This document shows, in pieces, positions 40,018 to 48,937 of a stretch of 64,000 nt of DNA. Under the pieces are notes generated by a model. It worked only from the letters and a program-made list of their open reading frames with translations. It ran no database searches and had not been told where the DNA came from. The stretch's first letter is position 1. Every line of letters begins with the position of its first letter. A program made the position numbers and the translations under genes. This DNA is from an uncultured cyanobacterium (GTDB taxonomy: Bacteria; Cyanobacteriota; Cyanobacteriia; Cyanobacteriales; CAWCAG01): positions 1,216,001-1,280,000 of the forward strand of contig CAWCAG010000005.1 in NCBI GenBank assembly GCA_963793425.1. Direction: 5' to 3'.

Positions 40018-40842
40018 ATGTATCAACCTAAACCTCCCCGCCCGCCTCAAGAAGTGCTGCCAACCATGTATGATCTCCCTAGCGAAGAGATAGGAGAATC
40101 AGGTTTGCCAGACGAATTTCATCGCCTTCAAGGGGATTTACTTAGCCAAACCTGTTTTCCTGTTAACCAACCGCTAGAGGAAGTCTTTGTTGCCAGCGAC
40201 CTCAATCTTTATTATGATTCTCAGCACACTCTCTGGTATAAACGTCCTGACTGGTTTGTGGTAACAGGAGTACCACGCTATGAACAGCAGGGTGAACTGC
40301 GTCTGAGTTACGTTACTTGGCAAGAAGGAAGAAACCCTTTATTCGTGGTAGAATTGCTTTCTCCTGGCACTGAAGCAGAAGATTTAGGGCAAACTTCGCA
40401 GCAAGTAGATCAACCTCCCACTAAATGGGAAGTTTATGAACGTATTTTGAGAATTCCTTACTATGTGGTTTATGATCGCTATGAAAATCGGTTACAGGCT
40501 TTTCGCTTGGAGGGAACTAGTTATCAACCCTTACTTCTGCCTGAGAGGAAACTATGGTTGGAAGAGTTGGGTTTAGGCTTAGGGTTATGGCAAGGTAGCT
40601 TTGCTGGAACTACAGGGTTGTGGTTACGGTGGTATGATCCTCAGAGGGGTTGGATAGCTACTCCAGCAGAAAGGTCACAACAAGAACACCAACGGGCTGA
40701 ACAAGAATACCAAAGGGCTGAACAAGCAGAATCAGCTTTAGGAAAAGCCATTAACCAGATGTTAGCAACAGGATTGAGTTTAGAGCAAGTAGCAGAAGCT
40801 TTAAACCTATCTGTGGCAAAAGTACAGCAGTACAGCAGCTAA
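40018..40842 (+). CDS. Uma2-family endonuclease with C-terminal coiled tail
   Basis: LPTMYDLPSE...PDEFH...KRPDWF...VELLSPGT; RAEQE repeats. Confidence 0.9.
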   Translation: MYQPKPPRPPQEVLPTMYDLPSEEIGESGLPDEFHRLQGDLLSQTCFPVNQPLEEVFVASDLNLYYDSQHTLWYKRPDWFVVTGVPRYEQQGELRLSYVTWQEGRNPLFVVELLSPGTEAEDLGQTSQQVDQPPTKWEVYERILRIPYYVVYDRYENRLQAFRLEGTSYQPLLLPERKLWLEELGLGLGLWQGSFAGTTGLWLRWYDPQRGWIATPAERSQQEHQRAEQEYQRAEQAESALGKAINQMLATGLSLEQVAEALNLSVAKVQQYSS

Positions 40843-41507
40843 AGAAATAAAGAGGGGATCGCCTTTTGTAAAACTTGTAACCCCTTTAGAGAACCGCGAA
40901 TTAACCTCATAGCAGCTAAAGGTTGGTGTAACATAGCTAGAGTTAGAGGTAAGGGAAGCAATTTTCCTTTAGGGCTAATTGCCCCTGTTAAGTTGGGTAA
41001 ATTCTGGCGACAATCATCACTCACCACTCGCAACATAGCTACCTTAGTTGGCAAACTTTTCAAAACCGCAAAACCCTCCATATCCACTACCGCAGCTTGA
41101 GATGATATACCCAGTTGCTGTTTCTCCTTAGCTGAAGAAATGGCGCGATCGCTAGTTACACTCTTTACTAAAGGAACTTGCTTACCTAATCTTTGCCTTA
41201 GCTGAGTAGTTAAGGGGCGATCGCAACTTTTTGTCTGCCAGTGAGACTCTTCGCTGCAATAAAGACATTCTTGATAAAAAACCAAATCCCCTACTTGATA
41301 ATCAGGTAACAAGCTGCCACAAAGTCCTACCAATAAAACCTCTTCTGGCAAAACGTGATTTTGTTGCCATTGTTGTAAACAAGTAGTGACAGGAATAATA
41401 CCAATCGGAATAGATAAAACCAATGGTTGAGGAGAAATCCCCTTTAAACCTCGGCAAACAGCTTGATATTCTGTCCCTTGCGGTACAAGTATAGTCTCTA
41501 TAGTCAT
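40839..41507 (-). CDS. Nucleoside phosphorylase-like protein (PNP/UDP family)
   Basis: GLCGSL, VVDMEG and LRVVSDD motifs. Confidence 0.8.
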   Translation of the reverse strand: MTIETILVPQGTEYQAVCRGLKGISPQPLVLSIPIGIIPVTTCLQQWQQNHVLPEEVLLVGLCGSLLPDYQVGDLVFYQECLYCSEESHWQTKSCDRPLTTQLRQRLGKQVPLVKSVTSDRAISSAKEKQQLGISSQAAVVDMEGFAVLKSLPTKVAMLRVVSDDCRQNLPNLTGAISPKGKLLPLPLTLAMLHQPLAAMRLIRGSLKGLQVLQKAIPSLFL

Positions 41508-41540
41508 ACAAAAAAAAGGGAGTCGTAAAACACCCTTTAA
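41508..41540 (-). terminator. Probable terminator downstream of the PEP-CTERM gene
   Basis: The minus strand reads AAAGGGTG-loop-CTCCCTTTTTTTT. Confidence 0.45.
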
Positions 41541-41570
41541 CCCTGATATGTTGTCAAACTTGAAAAACTT

Positions 41571-42512
41571 TTATTTCTTCTTCTGTTTGCCTGTAGCGAA
41601 AAGCAAACCGCCCAGGGCGAATAAACCTAACATACTTGAGGGTTCAGGAACCTTTTCTACTGTTGTGGTTGCGATTGTTGGGTCTACTTCATATTCCCCG
41701 GTTTGGGATTTGTTATCTCCTTCTTCTACCAAACCCGATTCAAAAGCATTAAAGCTGTAGAGAACTTCAGTTTTGCCAAATTCTGCTTTAATCAACTCAC
41801 TAAGCTGAATTCCTGCAAATAACTGGCTAGGTAGAGTCCCTGCTTCAAAAGCATTCCCGGCATCAAAATGACCAGCTAAGCCAACGATTATGTTATTCCC
41901 TACCTTATTAACATAGGAAACATTTGGGTCGCTCAAACGCTGAGGGCCACCTAAAGTAATAAACTGTTGACAAGCTTCTTGAGTGCTTACACCCAAAGCT
42001 ACGATTCGTCCTTGCAAAACTCCGCCATTGGAGTTTAAAGCGTCGTTGAACCACCTGCCGATCAAGTTATCTTTTTGACAGCTCATTTCGATTACGCCGT
42101 CTGGAGTTTCAAACCAATCTTTTCCTGTCAGACTACTTAGTTTGACCTTTGTACCATCGTCAAAGGTTTTAACTATGCTGGTAGGCTCAACATTTTTGAA
42201 GGTCTCTGGATCTTTAAATTCAGCCTTTTCGCTATCAGCAAATAACTCAATATTACCTCCCGGACTGCCATTCGCGCAGAATTTGATTGCCCCTCCTTCA
42301 ATGGTGCAAGTTCCCTTCACAACTTCTTCTATATCTGCATCGTTGTTGAGTCTGGTTTTGTCAGGAATACCATCTAAATCAGTGTCTATAGCTTCGTAGA
42401 CAAGGTAATCTGTTCCAATGATTTTTATGCTTGCTGCGGATGCTGGAAAAATAGTTGCGGTTATACCAGCAACTACTGAGGCTCCTAATAGTATTTTTAT
42501 TTTATCTTTCAT
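41571..42512 (-). CDS. PEP-CTERM sorting-domain surface protein
   Basis: Signal peptide (PASAA) and C-terminal VPEPSSMLGLFALGGLLFATGKQKKK. Confidence 0.9.
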   Translation of the reverse strand: MKDKIKILLGASVVAGITATIFPASAASIKIIGTDYLVYEAIDTDLDGIPDKTRLNNDADIEEVVKGTCTIEGGAIKFCANGSPGGNIELFADSEKAEFKDPETFKNVEPTSIVKTFDDGTKVKLSSLTGKDWFETPDGVIEMSCQKDNLIGRWFNDALNSNGGVLQGRIVALGVSTQEACQQFITLGGPQRLSDPNVSYVNKVGNNIIVGLAGHFDAGNAFEAGTLPSQLFAGIQLSELIKAEFGKTEVLYSFNAFESGLVEEGDNKSQTGEYEVDPTIATTTVEKVPEPSSMLGLFALGGLLFATGKQKKK

Positions 42513-42810
42513 TTATTTAGTTTCCCCTGTTACTTCAGCCGTTTGGTATCTAGAGTTAATAATTGAGTTGCCCTTTATGTTGTCTGCACCATTTAGCTTA
42601 GACAAACTTTGGTTAAATACTAGTTGTTTGTTTCCCTTATTTTGGGCTGAGTAGCGACTGTCTGAGCCGCAAAGTTTTGCTGTTGTTTAAGCCAAATAGC
42701 TTAGACAGCAACTTCTACGATTTAAGCAGATGATATTAGTTTTGTATACTACCAAAGGAAGAGATATGAAAATTTTTCTTTCTTAACAATTAAAGATAGG
42801 CCACATATTT

Positions 42811-44007
42811 CTAAGTTTGATTTGACACCTTTTCTTTAGCTAAAAACGCTGAAATTCTTTTAGCTGCTGTTTGTAAAATGCTTGATTCTCTTACTAAAGC
42901 AAAACGCACGTATCCCTCACCAGATTTGCCGAAACCAGCACCAGGAGAAACTGCTACTCCAGTTTGCTTAACTAATTCAGTACAAAATTTTACGGAGCCG
43001 TGAGAGTATTTCTCAGGTAATTTTGCCCAGACATACATTGTTGCAGGAGGAGAATGTACTGACCAACCAATTTCACTTAAAGCCTGAACAAAGACATCTC
43101 GTCGCTGCCTAAAAGTTTCTACTGTAGCTTGGACAATTTCTTCTGGACTTTCTAAAGCAGCGATCGCGCCATTTAAAATGCCTCTATATTGATTAAAATC
43201 AATGACAGATTTAACCTGACGTAAAGCCTTGATTAACTGTTGATTGCCCACAGCGTAACCAACGCGAAAGCCACCCATATTATAGGATTTAGAAAAGGTG
43301 AAAAACTCTAGAGACACTTCTTTGTGGGGGTCTGCTTGCAAAATAGAAGGGGGAATCGCAGTACCAGGGAAAACGATATCAGCGTAGGGAAAATCGTGAA
43401 CTAAAACAAGATTATGTTGACGACAAAAAGCTACTGCTGAATCGAAAAAATCTCTTGAAGCAATTGCCGTAGTGGGGTTATGGGGATAACTCAATACCAT
43501 CAGCCGCGACTTAGCTAAAATGTCGGCGGGAATCTCCTCAAATACTGGTAAAAACTGATTTTCTTCCCTTAAAGCCATGGGATAAATTTGCCCCCCAGCC
43601 AAAGCAACCCCTCCGGCATGAGAAGGATAACCAGGATCTTGCAAAAGAGCATAATCTCCTGGGTTAAGCAAAGCTAAGGGTAAATGTGCCGTCCCCTCCT
43701 GACAACCAATTAAGCTCAATACTTCGGTTTCAGGGTTGATTTCCACCCCATATCTTTTTGTATACCAACTTGCTGCTGCTTGGCGAAAGGCTTGAGTACT
43801 CTGGAAAAGAGCATAACCGTGGGTACTTGTTTCTCGCAAGGATTTTTCCATCGCTGCGATCGCAATTTCCGGTGCTGGCAAATCAGAAGAGCCTAGCGAG
43901 AGGTCAATAATTTCTTTTCCAGAAGCTTTGGCTTTAGCCTTTGCCAAATCCATATCAGCAAAAACATTGCTCTGCAAAGCTTCTAAACGCTTAGCAAGTC
44001 GTATCAT
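42811..44007 (-). CDS. PLP-dependent class I/II aminotransferase (LL-diaminopimelate aminotransferase-like)
   Basis: YPHNPT, HDFPY and TFSKSYNMGGFRVG motifs. Confidence 0.88.
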   Translation of the reverse strand: MIRLAKRLEALQSNVFADMDLAKAKAKASGKEIIDLSLGSSDLPAPEIAIAAMEKSLRETSTHGYALFQSTQAFRQAAASWYTKRYGVEINPETEVLSLIGCQEGTAHLPLALLNPGDYALLQDPGYPSHAGGVALAGGQIYPMALREENQFLPVFEEIPADILAKSRLMVLSYPHNPTTAIASRDFFDSAVAFCRQHNLVLVHDFPYADIVFPGTAIPPSILQADPHKEVSLEFFTFSKSYNMGGFRVGYAVGNQQLIKALRQVKSVIDFNQYRGILNGAIAALESPEEIVQATVETFRQRRDVFVQALSEIGWSVHSPPATMYVWAKLPEKYSHGSVKFCTELVKQTGVAVSPGAGFGKSGEGYVRFALVRESSILQTAAKRISAFLAKEKVSNQT

Positions 44008-44122
44008 TTATAAAAGGGAGCAGGGAGTAGGGAGTAGGGAGCGGAGAATCCTTTAAGTGTATGTTTTTTGACTTTGGGGATTTTGTTGGCTGGGGAGCTA
44101 AGGAGTATAAAAACAAGTTTTG

Positions 44123-44449
44123 TTACTCAAGTCCGCTTTCTAATAATTGTTGTAATGCTTGCTTACCGATAGCGCCTTCGTGGGATTTCACTATTTGATT
44201 ATCTTTATAAAGTCTTAGGGCAGGAACCCCTTCTACACCGCACTTAGCTACGGATTCAGGGCTACTATCTACCTCCATTTTGATGACCTTTAAAGCCTCA
44301 TGATAATTATCGGCAGCCCATTGCACCGAAGGAGAAACCAAGCGACAAGGGCCACACCAATCAGCCCAAAAATAGACTAAAACAGGTTTATCAGCAGTAA
44401 AAACCTCTTTATCAAACCGAGAATCATCAATTTCAATTACGCTACTCAC
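44123..44449 (-). CDS. Thioredoxin (x-type-like)
   Basis: VLVYFWADWCGPC...VEGVPALRL...HEGAI; GTG start at 44449 preferred. Confidence 0.9.
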   Translation of the reverse strand: MSSVIEIDDSRFDKEVFTADKPVLVYFWADWCGPCRLVSPSVQWAADNYHEALKVIKMEVDSSPESVAKCGVEGVPALRLYKDNQIVKSHEGAIGKQALQQLLESGLE

Positions 44450-44696
44450 AATATTCAACCTGATTTAAAATGGCCTTTGACAACAAATTGCCCCTAATTT
44501 ATAGCCAATTTTGTAATTGGCTGGGCAATATAGTTAATTATTAAACTTTTTTTGCTGTAAATAAGTCTCAGCTTTTTCGGCAAGGGAGTCAAGGGGCAAT
44601 TTCTACTAAGTTTGGGGCTATATGTAGCTAATAGCTAATAGGAAATTGGCTAACAGCTATTAGCTAAATGGCAAATGACTCCTCGCTATCATCTTG

Positions 44697-45463
44697 TCAC
44701 TGATCGAGTTGCTTACGTAAAGATTCCAACTCTGCATCAACTTCCGAATCTGCTGAGGGGGAAGATTGCGCTGAACCAGGAGGTAAAGCTTGGGGGGCAG
44801 GTGCCGCCAGTCAATTGAGCTTTCATAGCTGCTAGTTCGTCATCAACATCGCTACCAGACTCAAGCTGAGCAAACTGCCCTTCCAACTCACTTACCCGCT
44901 AACTCACCAACCGCAGCAGAGCGTGCTTCCATTTCCAGGACTTTTTCTTCCATACGCTCAAAAGCAGCCATCGAACCGCTAGTATTCATGTTGCTAATAG
45001 CCCCTTGTAACTGCTCATTAGCTTTTGCTGCGCTTACCCTAGCTTTCAGCATATCCTTTTTGGTCTTAGCTTCAGAAATCTTACTTTCTAGGGCAATGAG
45101 GTTACGCTTTAAAGTAGCTACTTGACCATTTTGCTGCTCCAACTGAGCTTTTAGAGTGCCAGCAGTTTCTGCATAGCTTTTTTTCCGGCTTAAGGCTTCC
45201 CTAGCCAAGTTTTCATCACCCTTAGTCAGCGCTAACTGGGCCCTTTGTTGCCACCGATTAGCTTCTTCTTGGTTTTTATTATGCTGCTGTTCGGTACGTT
45301 TTTGAGTTGCAATGGCCCTCGCAACTGCCTGACGCAGTTGGATCAGGTCTTCTTGCATATCAATAATGCTTTGTTCGAGAATCTTTTCTGGGTCTTCTGC
45401 TTTACTGACCACATCATTAAGATTGGCTCTAACAACTCGACTAAGGCGATCAAATAATCCCAT
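44697..45463 (-). CDS. vipp1: Vipp1/IM30 (PspA family); two apparent frameshifts near 44892 and 44805
   Basis: MGLFDRLSRVVRANLN...AEDPEKILEQ. Shifted frames continue SELEGQFAQLESGSDVDDELAAMKAQL and then ...EVDAELESLRKQLDQ* (TGA at 44697-44699), the Vipp1-type C-terminal helix. Confidence 0.88.
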
Positions 45464-45625
45464 GACGTATTTATCCTATTGGAGTGTACAAGTTTTAAGT
45501 TAGTAGCGAGTGCAGGCCTAGATCATAACTTAGCCTACTCGTTGGGTTGGTTGTCTAACTCTAGTTTACACTCAGGTTTCAGTTCAGTTATTGAATGTAG
45601 GGCTGAACTGTTGCTAAAACATTTT

Positions 45626-46180
45626 TTAATCTGCTAGCTCTTTTATACCTTGCTGATACACCTCATCAAAAATTTTCTCTAATTCTATATGAGTTCCTCG
45701 CAAGCGGTCAATTACTTGTTTTCCCCAGTGAAAGTATTCCATTTTGCGCTCTTTTGACCAATCAGCAGGAGGATGGGCAATCATATCTCTGAGATTGGAA
45801 ATTTTATCAGCTAATTTAATCAGTTTAGCTTTTCGGCTAAGATGAGCAGCGTGTTCTACCTGCATCTGCCTACGTTTTTGCTTAGGAAGAGACTTATCGT
45901 CAGTTACTTCTCTCACCAAGTTTTCTACTTCTTGACCAAATTCTTCTGCTAATTCTTGAAAGGTTGTATCGGTATCTTCTACGGTGTCGTGGAGTAAGGC
46001 CGCAGTTACAACCACAGGATCTTGGACGCTAGCTACATTCCATAACAAGTTGGTTAAGGCAATAGGATGATTGATATAGGGAGCAGCCTCTTTACCTTTG
46101 CGACGCTGATCTCGGTGCTTGTGAGCGGCAAAATCAAGAGCCTTAATAATCAAGCCGACTTGTTCGGATTTCGCAGTCAT
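45626..46180 (-). CDS. HD-domain small alarmone hydrolase (Mesh1/SpoT-HD-like)
   Basis: HRDQRRK, PYINHP, AALLHDTVEDT and KLADKISN motifs; no synthetase domain. Confidence 0.88.
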   Translation of the reverse strand: MTAKSEQVGLIIKALDFAAHKHRDQRRKGKEAAPYINHPIALTNLLWNVASVQDPVVVTAALLHDTVEDTDTTFQELAEEFGQEVENLVREVTDDKSLPKQKRRQMQVEHAAHLSRKAKLIKLADKISNLRDMIAHPPADWSKERKMEYFHWGKQVIDRLRGTHIELEKIFDEVYQQGIKELAD

Positions 46181-46329
46181 TTTTAAATTAACAAAGAGAG
46201 GAAGTCTGACTTAAAGTATAGACATTATGCCTAACCTTTAGGAAATCAAACTTTCCTCTCTTATTTACCAGAGAAAGTATTTTGGCTTGTATAGGGAGCA
46301 GATTTGCTCACTCAGGGTGAAAGAGTTAA

Positions 46330-46581
46330 TTACCCTTCGCCGCCTTCGCCTCCTTCCTCTTCAACTTCTTCTTCAACTTCCTCTTCAATTTCCTCTTCGA
46401 CTTCTCCTTCAGTCGCTTCTTCTTCAATTTCTTCTTCTACTGGTTCTTCAATTTCCTCTTCAATAGCTTCCTCTTCAATTGGTTCTTCAACCTCATCGCC
46501 TTCAGTTCCGGCATCACAAGCCACCATGGTTGTGCTTGCTAAACCAAGTATTAGTAACAATTCAAGGGACTTTAATTTCAT
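46330..46581 (-). CDS. Small, extremely acidic lipoprotein
   Basis: Signal peptide with lipobox MVA-C, then an EEEIEE/EEEVEE repeat tail; GAGGAG RBS upstream. Confidence 0.75.
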   Translation of the reverse strand: MKLKSLELLLILGLASTTMVACDAGTEGDEVEEPIEEEAIEEEIEEPVEEEIEEEATEGEVEEEIEEEVEEEVEEEGGEGGEG

Positions 46582-46860
46582 TTGTTCACTCCTCTAGATA
46601 TTCCACACACAATAATTACACTAACCATCGCTAGTAAGTAGGTAGAAATAATATTTTCTTAACCTGCTTAAAAATGATAAAGCACAATTGCCATAATCGT
46701 CTACAAACTCATTACATTTTTTAGCTTAATTGGCAAGGAAAGTTTAATTTTTTTATTCATTGGTGCATTCTGAGTAATTTGCGTCTATAATTTCTACCCG
46801 TAAAATTTCTTTATCATTATGACTATATAAATCTCTTCTTTTTTGCTAAACTTTGTCATT

Positions 46861-47532
46861 ATGATATTTGTTATCCCTGATGTACTTAATCCCCAAGAGC
46901 TAGATGATATAGTGTCTAGTTTAAATGAGGCTGACTTCATAAATGGCAAAACAACCGCAGGTTGGCACGCTAAACTAGTTAAGAATAATGTTCAATTAAA
47001 AAAGAAAATTTCCTATGGTGAGGATTTAAAAGAATTGATTAAAAAAGCCCTGAAACGCAACTTAATTTTCAATTCAGCAATCAAACCGAGGACTATTCAC
47101 TCTATCCTTTTCAGTCGCTACGAAACAGGTATGTCCTATGGTAGACACATTGACAATGCTTTTATGGGGGGGCAAAATTTTTTAAGATCCGATGTTTCCC
47201 TAACCCTATTCCTTAACTCTCCTTCTGACTACGTTGGGGGTGAGTTGGTTATTGAAGGGGCTGATGATGAGAGAAAATTTAAGCTAGAAGCAGGTTCAGC
47301 AGTTGTTTATCCTTCTTCAACTTTGCATCGGGTAGAAGAGGTTACAAAAGGAGTAAGGCTAGTAACAGTGGGATGGGTACAGAGTTTAGTTCGAGATCCT
47401 TATCAGCGAGAAATTTTGTTCGATTTAGATGTGGCAAGACGGTCGATTTTTGCTAGAGAAGGAAAAACCATAGAGTTTGATTTAATTTCTAAAAGTCACT
47501 CTAACTTGTTGCGTAGATGGGCTAATCAATGA
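46861..47532 (+). CDS. Fe(II)/2-oxoglutarate-dependent dioxygenase (PiuC/YbiX, PKHD-type)
   Basis: YGRHIDN, RSDVSLTLFL, GGEL, LHRVEEVTKGVR and NLLRRWA motifs. Confidence 0.9.
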   Translation: MIFVIPDVLNPQELDDIVSSLNEADFINGKTTAGWHAKLVKNNVQLKKKISYGEDLKELIKKALKRNLIFNSAIKPRTIHSILFSRYETGMSYGRHIDNAFMGGQNFLRSDVSLTLFLNSPSDYVGGELVIEGADDERKFKLEAGSAVVYPSSTLHRVEEVTKGVRLVTVGWVQSLVRDPYQREILFDLDVARRSIFAREGKTIEFDLISKSHSNLLRRWANQ

Positions 47533-47571
47533 TCAATGATCAGTGTACGACTTAGTTGTTGCTGTTAGGTA

Positions 47572-48060
47572 TTAATGATCAGTTGTTGAGGGGATTATGG
47601 TGGGGAGTTGTAGATTTCCGACTATTTTTAGATTAGCTTGTCTTCCTCCTTTGGGTGGGTTTGTTAGCTTGATTTCTAGGTAACTATCTGGTTTGTAGGG
47701 TAGACGTTGTGACCATTCTATGATGGTTATTCCTGGGGGGACTTCTAAACCTTCCCAATATATTTCTGGATAAATGCCTTCGACTTCTTGAGGTTGTAGG
47801 CGGTATAAATCTAGGTGATATAGAGGTAAACGTCCTTCGGTGTATTCGTTAATTAAAGTAAAAGTAGGACTAACTAGAGGTTCAGTTATACCCAAACCTT
47901 GCCCAATTCCTTGGCTAAGGGTGGTTTTTCCAGCCCCTAAATTCCCTTGTAATAAAATCGTACTCCCGGCAGAAAGAAACTCACCTAACTTTTTACCAAA
48001 GTTAAGGGTTGCTTGAAGATTAGGAAAATCGGTTTGCCAAGACTTCACTGCTTTTGACAC
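47572..48060 (-). CDS. tsaE: t6A biosynthesis ATPase TsaE
   Basis: GNLGAGKT, SPTFTL, HLDLYRL and IEW motifs. Confidence 0.95.
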   Translation of the reverse strand: MSKAVKSWQTDFPNLQATLNFGKKLGEFLSAGSTILLQGNLGAGKTTLSQGIGQGLGITEPLVSPTFTLINEYTEGRLPLYHLDLYRLQPQEVEGIYPEIYWEGLEVPPGITIIEWSQRLPYKPDSYLEIKLTNPPKGGRQANLKIVGNLQLPTIIPSTTDH

Positions 48061-48130
48061 AAATAAACATCATCGCGGTGGAAAATTGCCCAAGGTTAGA
48101 CAAGAAAAAAATAGTGCGATCGCAGCAAGA

Positions 48131-48185
48131 TTGACACTCCCGTCGCTCTTCAGCAAGGGATTGTTCTTTCCATCAGCGAACTTAG
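48131..48185 (-). mobile_element. Remnant right end of an IS200/IS605 (tnpB-type) element
   Basis: The minus strand reads ...GAAAGAACAATCCCTTGCTGAAGAGCGACGGGAGTGTCAA, a subterminal hairpin ending in TCAA. No tnpA or tnpB is present. Confidence 0.55.
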
Positions 48186-48205
48186 GATTTGCTTTTTAAA
48201 AACAA

Positions 48206-48706
48206 CTAACAGTAAAGAACTGACCATTGCTGAGGATCTTGATTCGACTTATCGACTGTCTTCACACCACTATAGGTTTCAATCCATAAACTCGCTCCAC
48301 AATCTCTAGCTTTATAGGGCTGATAAACAATGCGGCAATAACCAAATATTTCTAATTCGTGACAACTAATCACCCGATGCCCAGTTTTATGAACACTAAC
48401 TGCTGTCTTTAAAGGAATCTCTACACCACCGCTTTTTTTAATCTTTTTCACCTTTTTCTCGTTAGTTTTGATGCGGTTCTTATCCACATAAATAATTTTT
48501 CTCCCCCCAGCCCCCAGCTTACTCCACCTTGGTTCAGGGCCGCGATGACGACGAGAAACTTTAGGTTTACCACGATACAAAGGTATAACCCAAGTTCTAT
48601 CTTTTTTATAAGCGCCTTTGAGCCGTTTTTCGTGAAGGAGATAAAGAACTCTTCTTTGTCCGACTCCTAATATTTGTGCCGCAACAGCAGTATCGACATA
48701 TTCCAT
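48206..48706 (-). CDS. Helix-turn-helix (excisionase/MerR-like) DNA-binding protein
   Basis: VDTAVAAQILGVGQRRVLYLL...RLKGAYK...WVIP; basic C-terminal domain with CGASLWIET; ATG at 48706. Confidence 0.75.
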   Translation of the reverse strand: MEYVDTAVAAQILGVGQRRVLYLLHEKRLKGAYKKDRTWVIPLYRGKPKVSRRHRGPEPRWSKLGAGGRKIIYVDKNRIKTNEKKVKKIKKSGGVEIPLKTAVSVHKTGHRVISCHELEIFGYCRIVYQPYKARDCGASLWIETYSGVKTVDKSNQDPQQWSVLYC

Positions 48707-48937
48707 GATAAATCGAGTTTTTAAAGCATCCGAACAGTAGTTTACGAGAAAAAGGGGCTTTAAAGCAATTCTTTTCGCCATTTCGGTGAGAGGCTCCACC
48801 CCATAATTTCTAATTCGCACTCAGAATCTGTCACGAACCTCACACTAGCTTTGGGTGAGTGGCATGACTTATCAGATTAGCCAACTAATGCTTTGTGCAA
48901 CTTTGCGTAACTAGCCACTAGCTACTAGCCAATTAAT

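Noticed and set aside
39129..40842. tRNA-Lys as an integration site
   Set aside because: No integrase and no duplicated tRNA 3' end were seen in the window.
46304..46597. Ser-rich 97-aa plus-strand ORF
   Set aside because: Antisense shadow of the Glu-rich lipoprotein, which has the RBS and lipobox.
46600..46860. Possible Fur box upstream of the piuC-like gene
   Set aside because: Only partial AATGATAA/TTATCATT matches in AT-rich DNA; not supportable by eye.
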